From NCBI GenBank assembly GCA_002269645.1, contig NIVC01000137.1, positions 248,001 to 312,000 of the forward strand: a stretch of 64,000 bases of DNA, written 5' to 3'. The DNA is from Macrostomum lignano. Its lineage: Eukaryota. The notes beneath the pieces were generated by a model that was given only the letters and a program-made list of their open reading frames with translations, did no database searches and had not been told where the DNA came from. The translations under genes were made by a program, and so were the position numbers. Positions within the stretch are counted from its first letter, which is position 1; each line of letters starts with the position of its first letter. Positions 1-11,304 of this stretch are shown in pieces.

Positions 1-1083
1 TACTAGGAAGCAGGGTTTGGCAAAAAACAATGAAAATTGAACTTAAAATAGGGGAGAACAAGCAAGAGGAATAGAGAATAGCTTAAATAATATATCATTT
101 TGCAGTCAAGAGTCTTTTCTACATGTGTGGTTGATAATAGACTTTTAGTTTGATAGAAGACTTGACTTGATATAGACTTGATATAGTTTTTACCATTGTG
201 GAGGCTATTAAAAACATAGTATTTTTATAGTCTATCAATTGCCAGGAGCAATTCAATTATTCTTGTCAGCAAGACTCAGTCTACACAACAAAGTTTGCAA
301 TTAATTGCTTATATAGAATTGGATTTGGCAAGATTTGAATCAAGCACCTAGTTGTTCACCTTTAACACTGGTATGAATATCCTTATAATTGTCATAGCAG
401 ATACTGACAACTAACTTATTATCAATCATCAAGTGGATGTTCTCAGACAAGAGTTTATACTACAGAAAAGGATCATATACACAAGTCAAGACACTAGACA
501 CTTGATATCACCTAAAAAAACAGCTTTTTACTCAAAAAACAAATGCCTAATAAATATATTTTAAACATATAGAAATTAAAGCTGTTGATGTCAAGCAGCT
601 AAAAAATACACAAATTTTCCCTTTTAAAATCAAATCTAAATGAAGCCTCTATGATACATAGCATTGAGGTTTGATTTGCTATTTCAGCACTAGAGGTTAT
701 TGTCACATTAAATCTCTTTGGTCTTAGAAGGCAGAAAGCAATTTTTGGACAATTTAGGCTACATATAAAATTAAAGGATGCTTTTGTAAATTTACTTTTA
801 TTATGAAATGTAAAAGGCTCCCCTATCTCTAGTTTTACCATAATAATAAACAATCCATTTTAAATGTGTGCCAAATTAGAAAAACATTTCGTTACATTGT
901 AAATATATATTTCATAATATTTTTGTGAATTAAATAAAACTATAAAAATATAGTTTATATATAATATAAAAATATATATTTATATAAAAATATATAAAAT
1001 ATAAACTAGCGAGTTTCAGGAGGAAGACCAACTCACCTCTAGCAGTTCAAGCAATTATAGGAAGGTTAAAGCAGTGTTCCAAG

Positions 1084-1355
1084 CATACATGCGCAACCCC
1101 CCTGATTTACACTGGCCATGCGACTTACTTTTTGACCAAAAATGCGACTTACCTGTGAAAAAACCCTAAACCAAAAGTAACGCAGTTTTGGGTAAACGGC
1201 AGGAGTAACTATGACTGTCTTATCAGCCATAAATGCCTCGGCATCTAATTAGTACTACGTCCGTATTCTTTGGGGTGGCATTTTTGCGACTTACCCCTGG
1301 TCCACAATTTACGGTGGCCAGATCGGCCAGGTCGGCCAGCAGTTGCGCATGTATG
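1084..1355 (+). mobile_element. Non-autonomous DNA transposon (MITE family A, copy 1), hAT/P-type
   Basis: Perfect 14-bp TIR CATACATGCGCAAC (1084-1097) / GTTGCGCATGTATG (1342-1355); 8-bp TSD GTTCCAAG at 1076-1083 and 1356-1363; subterminal TGCGACTTA motifs near both ends. Confidence 0.92.
1190..1253 (+). other. 28S rRNA-like fragment (R2/I-PpoI target region) inside MITE A copy 1
   Basis: GGGTAAACGGCAGGAGTAACTATGACTGTCTTATCAGCCATAAATGCCTCGGCATCTAATTAGT versus conserved eukaryotic 28S GGGTAAACGGCGGGAGTAACTATGACTCTCTTAAGGTAGCCAAATGCCTCGTCATCTAATTAGT (recalled); about 53/64 identical ungapped. Confidence 0.85.
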
Positions 1356-3414
1356 GTTCCAAGCAAAAAAGTGAGAAGTGTTTTCTGAGTTAATTCATTT
1401 TCTAGCAAAGTGAAGTAGAATGGTACACCATATATACTACTGAAAGTAGAGAACCAAGAAGAAAGAATACAAAGTAGACCTTAATAATGCATATAGAATA
1501 CCAGAGGCCATGGCCCTCCACTGATCCCAGAAATGCTCAGGACTAGGAAGGGAATACATACAATACAATGTATATACTAGTGGGAGCAATAGTAAAAATG
1601 CTACAAGTACAAAGTAGGAATGCTACTGATATAAAGGTTAACTAATACTGATAGTAATACTTGGACTTATACTAAGAATAGTTCTTAGAGTAATACTTAT
1701 ACATATATTTAGATCCAGTTATTCAGACTAATACTCAGATTAATTCTAAGAAAATAGAGGTTTAGCCCTAGGACAACTTTGGTAGCAGTATCTAGGATAG
1801 TTAGAGAGAGGAAACAAAGAGCACTAATTATAGCTATAGGTGACAGCAGTGTGAGGAATCATTAAAGACAAAAGTTTACCCTTAGTATAGAAACAACAAC
1901 TTACTTTTTACATAGATAGGATTAGAAAGTTTACGCAAAGGGTATAATCACAAAGATGCTAAATTGCCAACATTTAAGAAAACAGTTCCATCAGAAAAAT
2001 TGTTTAAAAGGAAAATTGACTGCATGCTAAATAGACAACCTTGCTTTTCTAAAAAATGATGACTTATGGGTATGGGTATTCTGGGTAATCATGTTATAGT
2101 CCTTTTTGCATATGAATCAATTCTATAAAAACAACTTTGTGCAGTTTCTCCTTTAAGAGCTTTTTAATGCCCTTTATAGTACACTTTTTTGAAATATAAG
2201 AGTCAAAATTCATAGCAAAAACATTCATTGTATGTTTTTTTAGGTTTTAGTTTCCAAAATCTCTTTTTCAGGATCAAAAAGAACTTGAAAGGAAAGTGAT
2301 TTGGCTGCCATCAAGAGCTGGAAAATGCATTGAGAACTGAGCTGCCAGAGAGTCTCACAGTTGGAATTGAGACATTGTTTTGAAGCTTGGTTTCATTGCA
2401 TGAAAAATTGCATGAAATTGTCTGGAAATTGAGAATGTCATTAGGTTAATGCTTATGTAGGTATAATTTTGGGCAAATTGGATGAGCAGAAATGGGATTT
2501 TCTGCCAACTTATTATTATTAAACAGTCCTTATATTGTAAATAAAATATTCATTGCTAAAATAAAATATTTTACTAGGATGAGCCAAAAGTTTATACAAT
2601 TTGATTTTTAACTTTTTAAATTAATTTTCGTCTATAGAAAAGCTTAAAAGCAGCAACTACCTACTGTATTATTGACTAGCCTATAATAATCACTTTTTAG
2701 CTTCAGCATAGCTCAGTTTCCTAAACTTTGCCTAATTAAGCCAACAAATGCATTCAATGAAATTTTCAAGAACTGAATAATAAATAATTTTGCCTTAAGC
2801 TACTTTTTGCAAGACACAAAGCAACTAAGGCACACTCAAAATTATTGCAGCTAATAGGCCCTTATATACCCTCTAAGTCATCAATACATATAATACATAG
2901 GGCCTAAGTGGTTCTCACTTTGCTAAGGATAAATAAGCCAAGGTCAGGTCAATCCCTGCTACTAATGGTGATGCCATTCTTTAAGCCCCTGATTTTTGAA
3001 GATAAACTAGACTATAGCATGCGCAAACTACTACTTATCATGCTTGGGTGCAACTTAGGGATTCACCCAGCCATTTCTATTGGCAACAAACACATATAAG
3101 TTGCTATTGGACAGAATAGTAGTCAGGTGATTGCTCTCAGCCAATAGCGACTTACATGTGTGTGTTGCCAATAGAAATGGCTGGGTGAATCTCTAAGTTG
3201 CGCACATACATGCGCAACTGCTGGCCGACCTGGCCGATCCGGCCACCGTAAATTGTGGCTGACCAGGGGTAAGTCGCAAAATTGAGTCAACCAAAAACAG
3301 AAAAACACAAGAACCAAGAAAGGCAAGAGGAAAGCGAAATAAAGAGCAGTTCAGGGAAAATCGTGAAGCAAAAGAAAAACTATTCGCAAAAGAAGCAAAC
3401 TAAGTTGTAAAAAT

Positions 3415-4470
3415 AATCAGGTAAGTCGCAAAAAGGATCAGGTAAGTCGCAACAGGAATCAGGTAAGTCGCAAAAGGGTTAGGTAAGTCGCAAAAAGGAT
3501 TAGGTAAGTCCCAAAAAGGATTAGGTAAGTCGCAAAAAGGATTAGGTAAGTCGCAAAAGGGTTAGGTAAGTCGCAAAAAGGATTAGGTAAGTCGCAAAAA
3601 GGATTAGGTAAGTCACAAAGGGTTAGGTAAGTCGCAAAAGGATTAAGTAAGTCGCAAAAAGGATTAGGTAAGTCGCAAAAAGGATTAGGTAAGTCGCAAA
3701 AAGGATTAGGTAAGTCGCAAAAAGGATTAGGTAAGTCACAAAGGGTTAGGTAAGTCGCAAAAGGATTAAGTAAGTCGCAAAAAGGATTAGGTAAGTCACA
3801 AAGGGTTAGGTAAGTCGCAAAAAGGATTAGCTAAGTCACAAAGGGTTAGGTAAGTCGCAAAAAGGATTAGGTAAGTCGCAAAAAGGATTAGGTAAGTCGC
3901 AAAAAGGATTAGCTAAGTCACAAAGGGTTAGGTAAGTCGCAAAAAGGATTAGGTAAGTCGCAAAAAGGATTAGGTAAGTCGCAAAAAGGATTAAGTAAGT
4001 CGCAAAAAGGATTAGGTAAGTCGCAAAAGGGTTAGGTAAGTCGCAAAAGGATTAGGTAAGTCGCAAAAAGGATTAAGTAAGTCGCAAAAAGGATTAGGTA
4101 AGTCGCAAAAAGGATTAGGTAAGTCACAAAGGGTTAGGTAAGTCGCAAAGGGTTAGGTAAGTCGCAAAAGGGTTAGGTAAGTCGCAAAAGGATTAGGTAA
4201 GTCGCAAAAAGGATTAAGTAAGTCGCAAAAAGGATTAGGTAAGTCGCAAAAAGGATTAGGTAAGTCACAAAGGGTTAGGTAAGTCGCAAAGGGTTAGGTA
4301 AGTCGCAAAAGGATTAAGTAAGTCGCAAAAAGTATTAAGTAAGTCGCAAAAAGGATTAGGTAAGTCGCAAAAGGGTTAGGTAAGTCGCAAAAGGATTAGG
4401 TAAGTCGCAAAAAGGATTAAGTAAGTCGCAAAAAGGATTAGGTAAGTCGCAAAAAGAAGCAACTAAGTCG
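3415..4470. repeat. Minisatellite, 19-21 bp unit GGTAAGTCGCAAAAAGGATTA, about 50 copies
   Basis: Direct tandem array; the unit contains GTAAGTCGCA, the reverse complement of the family A subterminal motif. Confidence 0.95.
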
Positions 4471-4614
4471 CAATAAGAGGGAAGTAAGTCACAATCAGAG
4501 GCAATCAGGGGGTAGTAGGTGCAAGTGTGGCAGGAGAGCAAACAGAATAGAAGCCTTCAACCACAGACAAGATCTTTGAAATCAGAAGCCCGCGTCATTT
4601 CTTAAACTCTGGAG

Positions 4615-4660
4615 CAGGGGTTGGCAAACTCCGGCTCGCGAAGCCCCTCTATCTGGCCCT
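4615..4660 (+). mobile_element. Isolated hAT (Charlie-like) terminus
   Basis: CAGGGGTTGGCAAACTCCGGC resembles typical hAT-Charlie ends; no partner TIR found; a similar end CAGGGTTTGGCAAA at position 11. Confidence 0.4.
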
Positions 4661-4709
4661 CGCCCCTCGGGTTCTTTGAAACTTCCTAACTACGAGTAGC
4701 AAGGTTGGT

Positions 4710-5395
4710 GTCTCTTCAACTCTCATCTCTCTCTTCTTCTCTACCTTGCCTCCCCTCTTCTCTCTCTCCCCCCTTTTCCCTCTTCTGTCTCCTCTCATTT
4801 TTACTCTCCTCTCTTCTCCCCTTTCTCTCTACCCTTTCTCCTCAATGCCCTCTTCTCTCCTCTTATCTTCAGCAAAAATATGTGCATATTTTCTTACTTC
4901 AAAGTAGAGGGAATAGAAGATTAGAGATAAGCAAACAGAGGAGAGGCGAGCGATGCGATGGGAGAAAAGATAGAAGAGGAGAGAAAAGCTGAGGGAGGAA
5001 AAAGAGATGAGAGAGAAGAGGAGATGAGAGAAAAGAGGAAAGAAAAGATGATGGATGAGATCAGAAGAGAGGAAAGAGGAAAGAGGAGAGAGTAGATGAG
5101 AGAAGAGAGGATAAAGAGGAGATGAGAGGAGAGTGAAGAGAGGAGAGATGAGAGAGTAGAAAAGAGAGGAGAGATAAGATGAGAGAGTAGAGTGGAGAGA
5201 GACGAGAGGGAAGATAAGATGAGAGAGTAGAGTGGAATGGAGAGAGACAAGAGGAGAGATAAGAATGTAGAGAGGAGACAGAAGAGATAGGAGAGGAGAG
5301 GAAAGAGAGGAGAGAGGAGAGGAAAGAGAGAAGGGATAAGGGATGAGAGAGAAAAGAAAAAGAGGATGAGAAGATTGAGGAATGGAGAGAATTTG
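4710..5395. repeat. CT-rich then AG-rich low-complexity tract
   Basis: Polypyrimidine 4710-4860 followed by polypurine 4920-5395; source of the Leu/Ser-rich spurious ORFs. Confidence 0.9.
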
Positions 5396-5817
5396 CAAAG
5401 GCCTCAAATCTTAGTTTAACATGCATTACTCCCATCTTTGCCTTTTTCCTAACTGTTAACAAGTTTTTGTTTGAGCATGACTTCAAATTTAGAATCTATG
5501 CAAAAATAGTTCCGGGAATTAGAATTCAGTGGTTTAAAAATCTGTGGGTTTTCACAGCTTGTATCTCTACTGGATTCGTATTCTGCATCTGATGAGCCAT
5601 CTGAATCAGGGCTCTCATCTTCCATGCCAAATCGTCTAGCAAATCGTTCTTGAGCTATAGGTCACACTGTATTCACTTCACTTACTTCTGGACATTCATG
5701 AATCATGACTTTTGTAGTATGCTCACTACACTGTACTGACAATTTACTAATTGCTTCATGCCGCCACTAGATGACATACTGATTAGCTGTTATAAAAACG
5801 CGGAATCTGCACGCAGC

Positions 5818-5881
5818 ACTAATTAGCTGGCGAGGCATTTAGCTTTAAAAATATGGTCATAGTTACTCCTGCCGTTTACCT
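5818..5881 (-). other. 28S rRNA-like fragment inside family A copy 2
   Basis: Reverse complement AGGTAAACGGCAGGAGTAACTATGACCATATTTTTAAAGCTAAATGCCTCGCCAGCTAATTAGT; same length and spacing as the 28S segment. Confidence 0.8.
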
Positions 5882-7340
5882 AAAGTTTTTGCTTGGCTCT
5901 TTCATAGGTAAGTCGCATTTTTTATCGAAAACTAAGTCGCACGGCCAGCGTAATTTCAGAAGTTGCGCATGTATGGTTGCGCATGTATGCTACTTATTAT
6001 TGCGGTATCCTATTGCACAGTCTAATGAAGCTTGCATGCTACAGAGAAGGTTGCAAAGAAACTAATTCTAGTATCCCATGAGTTAACACCTTAGCAGCTA
6101 AGAGCTAAGATAAATGTGGCAACTTTGAATCTTTGCCAGACCAGTTGGCTAATTTTCTTAAGTCAATAATCACTCAAGATAAGAAATGGGGCTACTATAA
6201 AAACCCAAGCACATCTAGGTTGATGCTTCTAGACTAAAGAAACATCTAGCTGCCTAATGTAGAACCTCCACTGTGGCCCATATGCCACTAACTAACTAAC
6301 TAACTAACTAAATAAGTAATCCAGTGCCTCACCCTTGAGCAGGCTCTTAGGCCACTAATGAAAAAAGATTCCAGATTAGGAGTGTACTCAGGTACACAAG
6401 GTTTTTAAGCTAGAGTGAGAGTGACTATGGCCAACAAGCCGAGTAGTCAACACTAGTTGTACAAAGGGCTAGCTCTACGCCCTGCCTTCGGGGCATTAAG
6501 CCTACTCTAAACTCAAATCAAAACCTCTCCAGGGCCAGAGGGGGTTGAGTGAACCAATCAGGGAAGCCCATGCCTTCTCTAGGTTAGGAAGTCCCAAATA
6601 CTGGTCATTTGACTGCCCCCACAGCCGTGGCAACCCAAAGGAGCCTTCCCCCTCCAACTAAACCCTAGGTACTCTTGCCAGACAGTCTCTTATCTTTGAA
6701 GTGGCAGGAGGGCTAATTGCTAGGACTATTTCACCCTTTGCTTCGCCAACCTACCATTTCTATTAGGCCATGCCAACAGCCCCATCCTGGTCAGACTCAG
6801 TCATGGTTCTAGCACACTAGCTTTAATAGAGTTGCTAGCTATTTGCTCAGAGGACATTCCAAGTGAGACCGTCAGAGTATTAACTGGAACAGGTATAGGC
6901 CTACCTTCCTTCTTCCTATACAACTACCTACAGCCCTTCCTGATTGACTATTATCTTCCAACCCAGCCTACTAACTCATTAAAAGCTTTCAACCAGGCAG
7001 AGACAAATGTTACAGGGCTATTGTGGTTAGGCGTCTTTATGCAAGATATACCATACTCTAAATCATATATATATAGGCCTAGGTATAGGCCTATTATATG
7101 CCTAAAAATTTGGGCATGCATTAGCCTTGTATACCTAAATTTAGGTGTGCATAGTTGGCATGCATGACTCTTAAGAAAATAGATATACCTATACCTAATA
7201 GGTATACCTACCTATAGATATAAGTAGACAAAAGGCATCTGACTGTCTATCATGATTTAAGAATTTTTTTGGTGGCATGTTCATGTTGCTAGTAGAATCA
7301 AAGCATATGCCCTATGGTGTCTTGGCACAATGCAGTTTTT

Positions 7341-7722
7341 AGGTAAATGGCAAGAATAACTTGACTGTCTTATTAAGCCCTATTGCAGCCAATGGCCATT
7401 TTCGTGGACGGCGTCCGGCGCAGATTGGCCTGGTGGCAGCGCGGCGCGCGGTAGCGGTGCGGCGCAGCGTGTGGCAGTGGCGCGCGGCGGCGTGGTGTGG
7501 GGGCATGGGCAACTGGCGGCAACTAAGGGCCGGGTCAATGTCGATTGATGCGGGCCATTGACTGACTAATTGAACCAAATCACTGATCCTGGGGACTGGC
7601 CGTCTGGCCCTGGTGCGGTACGGGTAGATGTCTGGCGCGGGAAAGGGGGGCGCGTCCAGTGTGGTTCAGACCTTGGCTGCAATAGGGTTATTTAAGGCTA
7701 AATGCCTTATCATCTAATTAGT
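7341..7722 (+). other. Degenerate 28S-like core split by a MITE
   Basis: AGGTAAATGGCAAGAATAACTTGACTGTCTTATTAAG [insert] TTATTTAAGGCTAAATGCCTTATCATCTAATTAGT; preceded by AATGCAGTTTTT as in copy 1 (AACGCAGTTTT); no family A TIRs found. Confidence 0.65.
7378..7687. mobile_element. GC-rich MITE (310 bp) with CCC/GGG termini, piggyBac-like ends
   Basis: 15-bp perfect TIR CCCTATTGCAGCCAA / TTGGCTGCAATAGGG; flanks TTATTAAG and TTATTTAAG form an imperfect duplication containing TTAA. Confidence 0.75.
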
Positions 7723-8124
7723 ATTAGTACACTAGGCCTATGCTTGTATTTGGTATAAAGTCAACATGTTCTAATGTCACGTTGCATTTTTGAGCTAAAA
7801 TTTTAAGCCCCACATTGCATGTCTACAGGTTTTACTACACTTATTCCAATAGGGATAAGTGTGCATGTGATGTGTGCATGCACGTGATGCACATCTAGTA
7901 TGCACTTCATAGAATCACATGAAAGAGTTAATGTTATTGTTAGGCCCCTAAGTGGAAAAAAGATTAAAAAAGGGAGTGACCATGAATCTATGATCACAGT
8001 CGCAATCACAAAAACTGTGATCACAAGGAAAAAATCATACACTAGGCCTAGTCTTTTGCCAATCATGATTTGTGAATTTCACCATGCTTTTTTTCAAGTC
8101 ATAGGCCTAGGCTAGCACAACCAA

Positions 8125-8477
8125 TAGGCTTTTCATATTACCGATTCCAGAACCAGAATCGGTTCAAAGCTTTCATATTGTCTGTTCTGTTTTCAGAATC
8201 GCTTCCAGAACAGTGTTCTTGTTCTGGAATTTGGATCAAAAATTTTTGTTGATCCGTTGTCATATTTACACTTTAACAGTAAAATATATTTGAAATCGTC
8301 ATTTTTTTATTAATGGTATAGGCCCTATAATTATTTCGTTTTTTGTCACATCCAAGAGGAAACAAAGTCAAGGAAGTACAAAATTAAACTGTAAAGACTG
8401 ACAAACATAAAATGGTTTCTAAGCTTTTCATTTTCCTACCGATTTTGGTTCTAGAACTGATCTTCGTGAAAAGCCTA
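8125..8477. mobile_element. Possible Academ-like MITE
   Basis: 11-bp TIR TAGGCTTTTCA / TGAAAAGCCTA, 3-bp TSD CAA on both sides; TAG termini with 3-bp TSD match Academ as recalled. Confidence 0.5.
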
Positions 8478-11304
8478 CAAAGCAAACAAAAATTGCAACA
8501 AATCAACGCAGATGTAACAAAGCCAGCCCAGAATAGGGTCTTGAGGTGGGGGCGGAGAATGAAAACTGTATATTGGCGGTAAATATGGCATGGGTTTGCT
8601 GACACCAGGGTCGTTCTTAAAGTTTAGTCGTAAGCAGTGAAACAAATATTTTTGAAAATCAGCCTGAAATATTAAATCTTTTCTTATTGTAGCTCTAAAA
8701 GGACTTAAAATATAAATGCCTCTCATGGGTCTTAATCTTTTTTAACATTGAACTTTTGATGTTAATCTCAACAGAGTGCGCTATTTCATTTTTCGATATA
8801 TATTTTTATTATCGCACGAGCTATAATACCCACTTTAGAGAAGCTACATTCTGTTCACGTGGTCTTATTAAAGAAGAAAATTGATAAATGTTATTTATAT
8901 CTTTGGTTAGCACAACCTAGAACCCATTTAACTCTTTCGATTGCAAAGCAGATGTTGTTATTTCGATTTTCGCTAGAAACGTAACATTATTAATGATTAA
9001 AAAATCCACTTTTAATTAATTTGTTCTGTTGATGGAATCAGCTAATAGCTGCGTTTTCTGATGTTTTTTTAAGAAAGATAGTCATATCTAACACTAAAGT
9101 ATCAATTAAGGCAGTTTCATTCAATATTAAAAAAGAAAAGTTAATTAAATTCAATTTTAAGTTTTTTTCAATAGCACAAAATTAACCTAACAAAGAGAGA
9201 TTTAGCTGACTACAACAAAGCAAGTAGCACCAAAGTTATTTTAATTCAAAGTCCTCATCTGTGGGATGAGAAAAAGTACCACTTTTTTGTCTCTAGTTAT
9301 GAAAAAAAATTTTCTCAGCACATTGTTAGGTTTTTTGGATGTTTTTTTATGTATTTAGATGAATTTTTGCTATTGATCACCCAATACGAGCGTATGTTAG
9401 TCAGAACAAACAGAATTTGATTTATGTAGATAAAATCGACTATTTTTCTCTTAAAAACAGTCGTTTTTTGTTGTTTTCACTCAAAAATTTTTTTAACTGA
9501 TTTAAAATTTGTATTGTAAGTTACAAGTAAACATAATGAGTCAAAACAAGAGGTAGTAGAAACTGAAAAGAAAATAAGAGTAACGAATAATAAAAAAGTT
9601 GCATGATTTGATTAGTCAAGAAATAGTATTAAAACAATTTTGCATCTGATTTATTATCAGTGAAATTATCTGTCTGAAGCACAAAAAATTAATTTCTTTG
9701 AAACATTAAATTCATTCTCATATGTGTTGCACTTCATTAAAGATATACATGTAGCAACTTAAACATTCAGTTGATTGATACTTTCCACCTTTGGATGCAT
9801 ATAGCTACTAACAAAAAAAAAGATAAAAGAAAAAACTTAATTGCCATTGATGCTGGCAATGTAATATTAAATATGGTACAGAAAGATGGAATCTCTACAG
9901 AGTGCTGCCACACGAATTTGTGAAGTGTTTAACAGATTAGTCATGGCAGTCCCATAACAGACATACTATATTTTATATTTACTCTTCGATTGACAATTAC
10001 GCTTTAGATATGTTTTAGATGATGATTTTCCATTGGGACTGACTCTATATATACCGAGGCCGGACACAGTTAAGTGCGGCTGACAGCACTGAAGCGGCGA
10101 TAAACAGAGAATGCGATGAGCTGTGGCCTGTGGAGACAGCCATCTGATGTACGAGCATCAGTAGAAGGGAAAGAAATCCAATAGTGTCTTGCTATTGGTT
10201 TGTTACATGTACAGCGAACATCTACTTTTATTCTAATGTGATCGATTTAATTCTACTGACCCAATTGGCTAAAGCACTGTAAACTGCACACATCTCGGAC
10301 GGATATGTAATGCCATTTGCTGCACTTTTACCTGTTTCTCTGCCAGAACACCAGCATCATTGTATGTGCCACAATGCTAAGATGTGCAGCGGTCCTTTGG
10401 ATGTGGTTAGTTCTGCAGGCATCGACGTAATTTATCAAATGAGACGAATTGTATACCGAGCATGACAGCTAGTGCAGGGCCAGAATTGATTACAGAGGTT
10501 CGCCAGAGCAATTGCAGTGATCCATGTGGCTGCCAAGTCAGACGTCTGTAATAGGCCAACTTACCAAGACCAAAGTATTTAATTTAAATTTATGGCTCTG
10601 TTCTTTTAGTAGTTATGCAGCCTAATTACATAAGAAAATAGTATTGTAAAATAGTAAAATAGTATTAAAGCTATGTTGCAGAATATAAATGCTTGCTGAA
10701 TTCTTTTTCAAAAAAACGCAAGTCTGTTCGAAAAAAAGATACATGTATTTTAGGTTTTAAAAGAAATGGCTTCCTAGCTCATTTACTATATATTTCTAAT
10801 TCAAAGAACTTTTAATGCTTTAAAAGACATATTTTGCAAGCCTAATTTTTAGCTAAACCAGTTTTGTAGATTTTAAGCTTCATATTTCAGTGTTAAGTAC
10901 AATAATTAAGTTCTTGAGTGGTACTACAATATCAATTATTTCGGGTGTTTCTTGTTACGCGATAATTTTAAATACAAGCAATTTAGACGAAAAAAACAAA
11001 ATGCTGATTTAAAAATAATATTTTCTATTGAAATAATACTTATTAAATAGTAAACATAAAATAAAAATGTTTCTTATTTATAAAAAATAAAAGAAAACTT
11101 GCATTATTTCACAATTTTTGGTCGTTTTATTTTCCGTTGCGAAAAATAACAAATTGCTAGATTTCGTCTTAAATATTTGGTTTCTTGTGGTTTTAACGGC
11201 AGTTTCTTAATTAAATTGACGAAAGAATCGTTTTTGCAAAATAATTACTTTATTCAAAAACTTTTTTTTCTGTACCAAAACATCATGACCTTAATTTGAG
11301 AACT

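Larger units (their letters stand above)
3205..5975 (-). mobile_element. Long non-autonomous family A element (copy 2, 2771 bp)
   Basis: TIRs CATACATGCGCAAC (3205) and GTTGCGCATGTATG (5962-5975); 8-bp TSD GTTGCGCA at 3197-3204 and 5976-5983; both ends align to copy 1 in reverse orientation; no transposase ORF. Confidence 0.88.
3039..5989. mobile_element. Palindromic MITE family B (~180 bp), split by a nested 2.77-kb insertion
   Basis: 8-bp TSD CTACTTAT at 3031-3038 and 5990-5997; long inverted arms (TGCAACTTAGGGATTCACCCAGCCATTTCTATTGGCAAC / GTTGCCAATAGAAATGGCTGGGTGAATCTCTAAGTTGCGCA); right end is the family A TIR GTTGCGCATGTATG, left end degenerate. Confidence 0.8.

Noticed and set aside
1190-1253. 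Genuine rRNA gene or rDNA unit
   Set aside because: Only 64 nt match 28S; flanks are transposon sequence with TIRs and TSD.
3470-4450. Telomeric TTAGG repeats
   Set aside because: TTAGG occurs once per 19-21 bp unit derived from a transposon motif; not a telomere array.
4705-5486. Leu/Ser-rich ORFs here and at 42646-43217
   Set aside because: Translations of CT/AG low-complexity DNA.
6290-7050. Old LINE 3' end with (TTAG)n tail
   Set aside because: Suggestive tail, but no translatable RT or RNase H motif and no TSD.
10020-10570. Possible exons of a minus-strand gene
   Set aside because: Moderately GC-rich with splice-like motifs, but every frame has stops and no recognisable domain.
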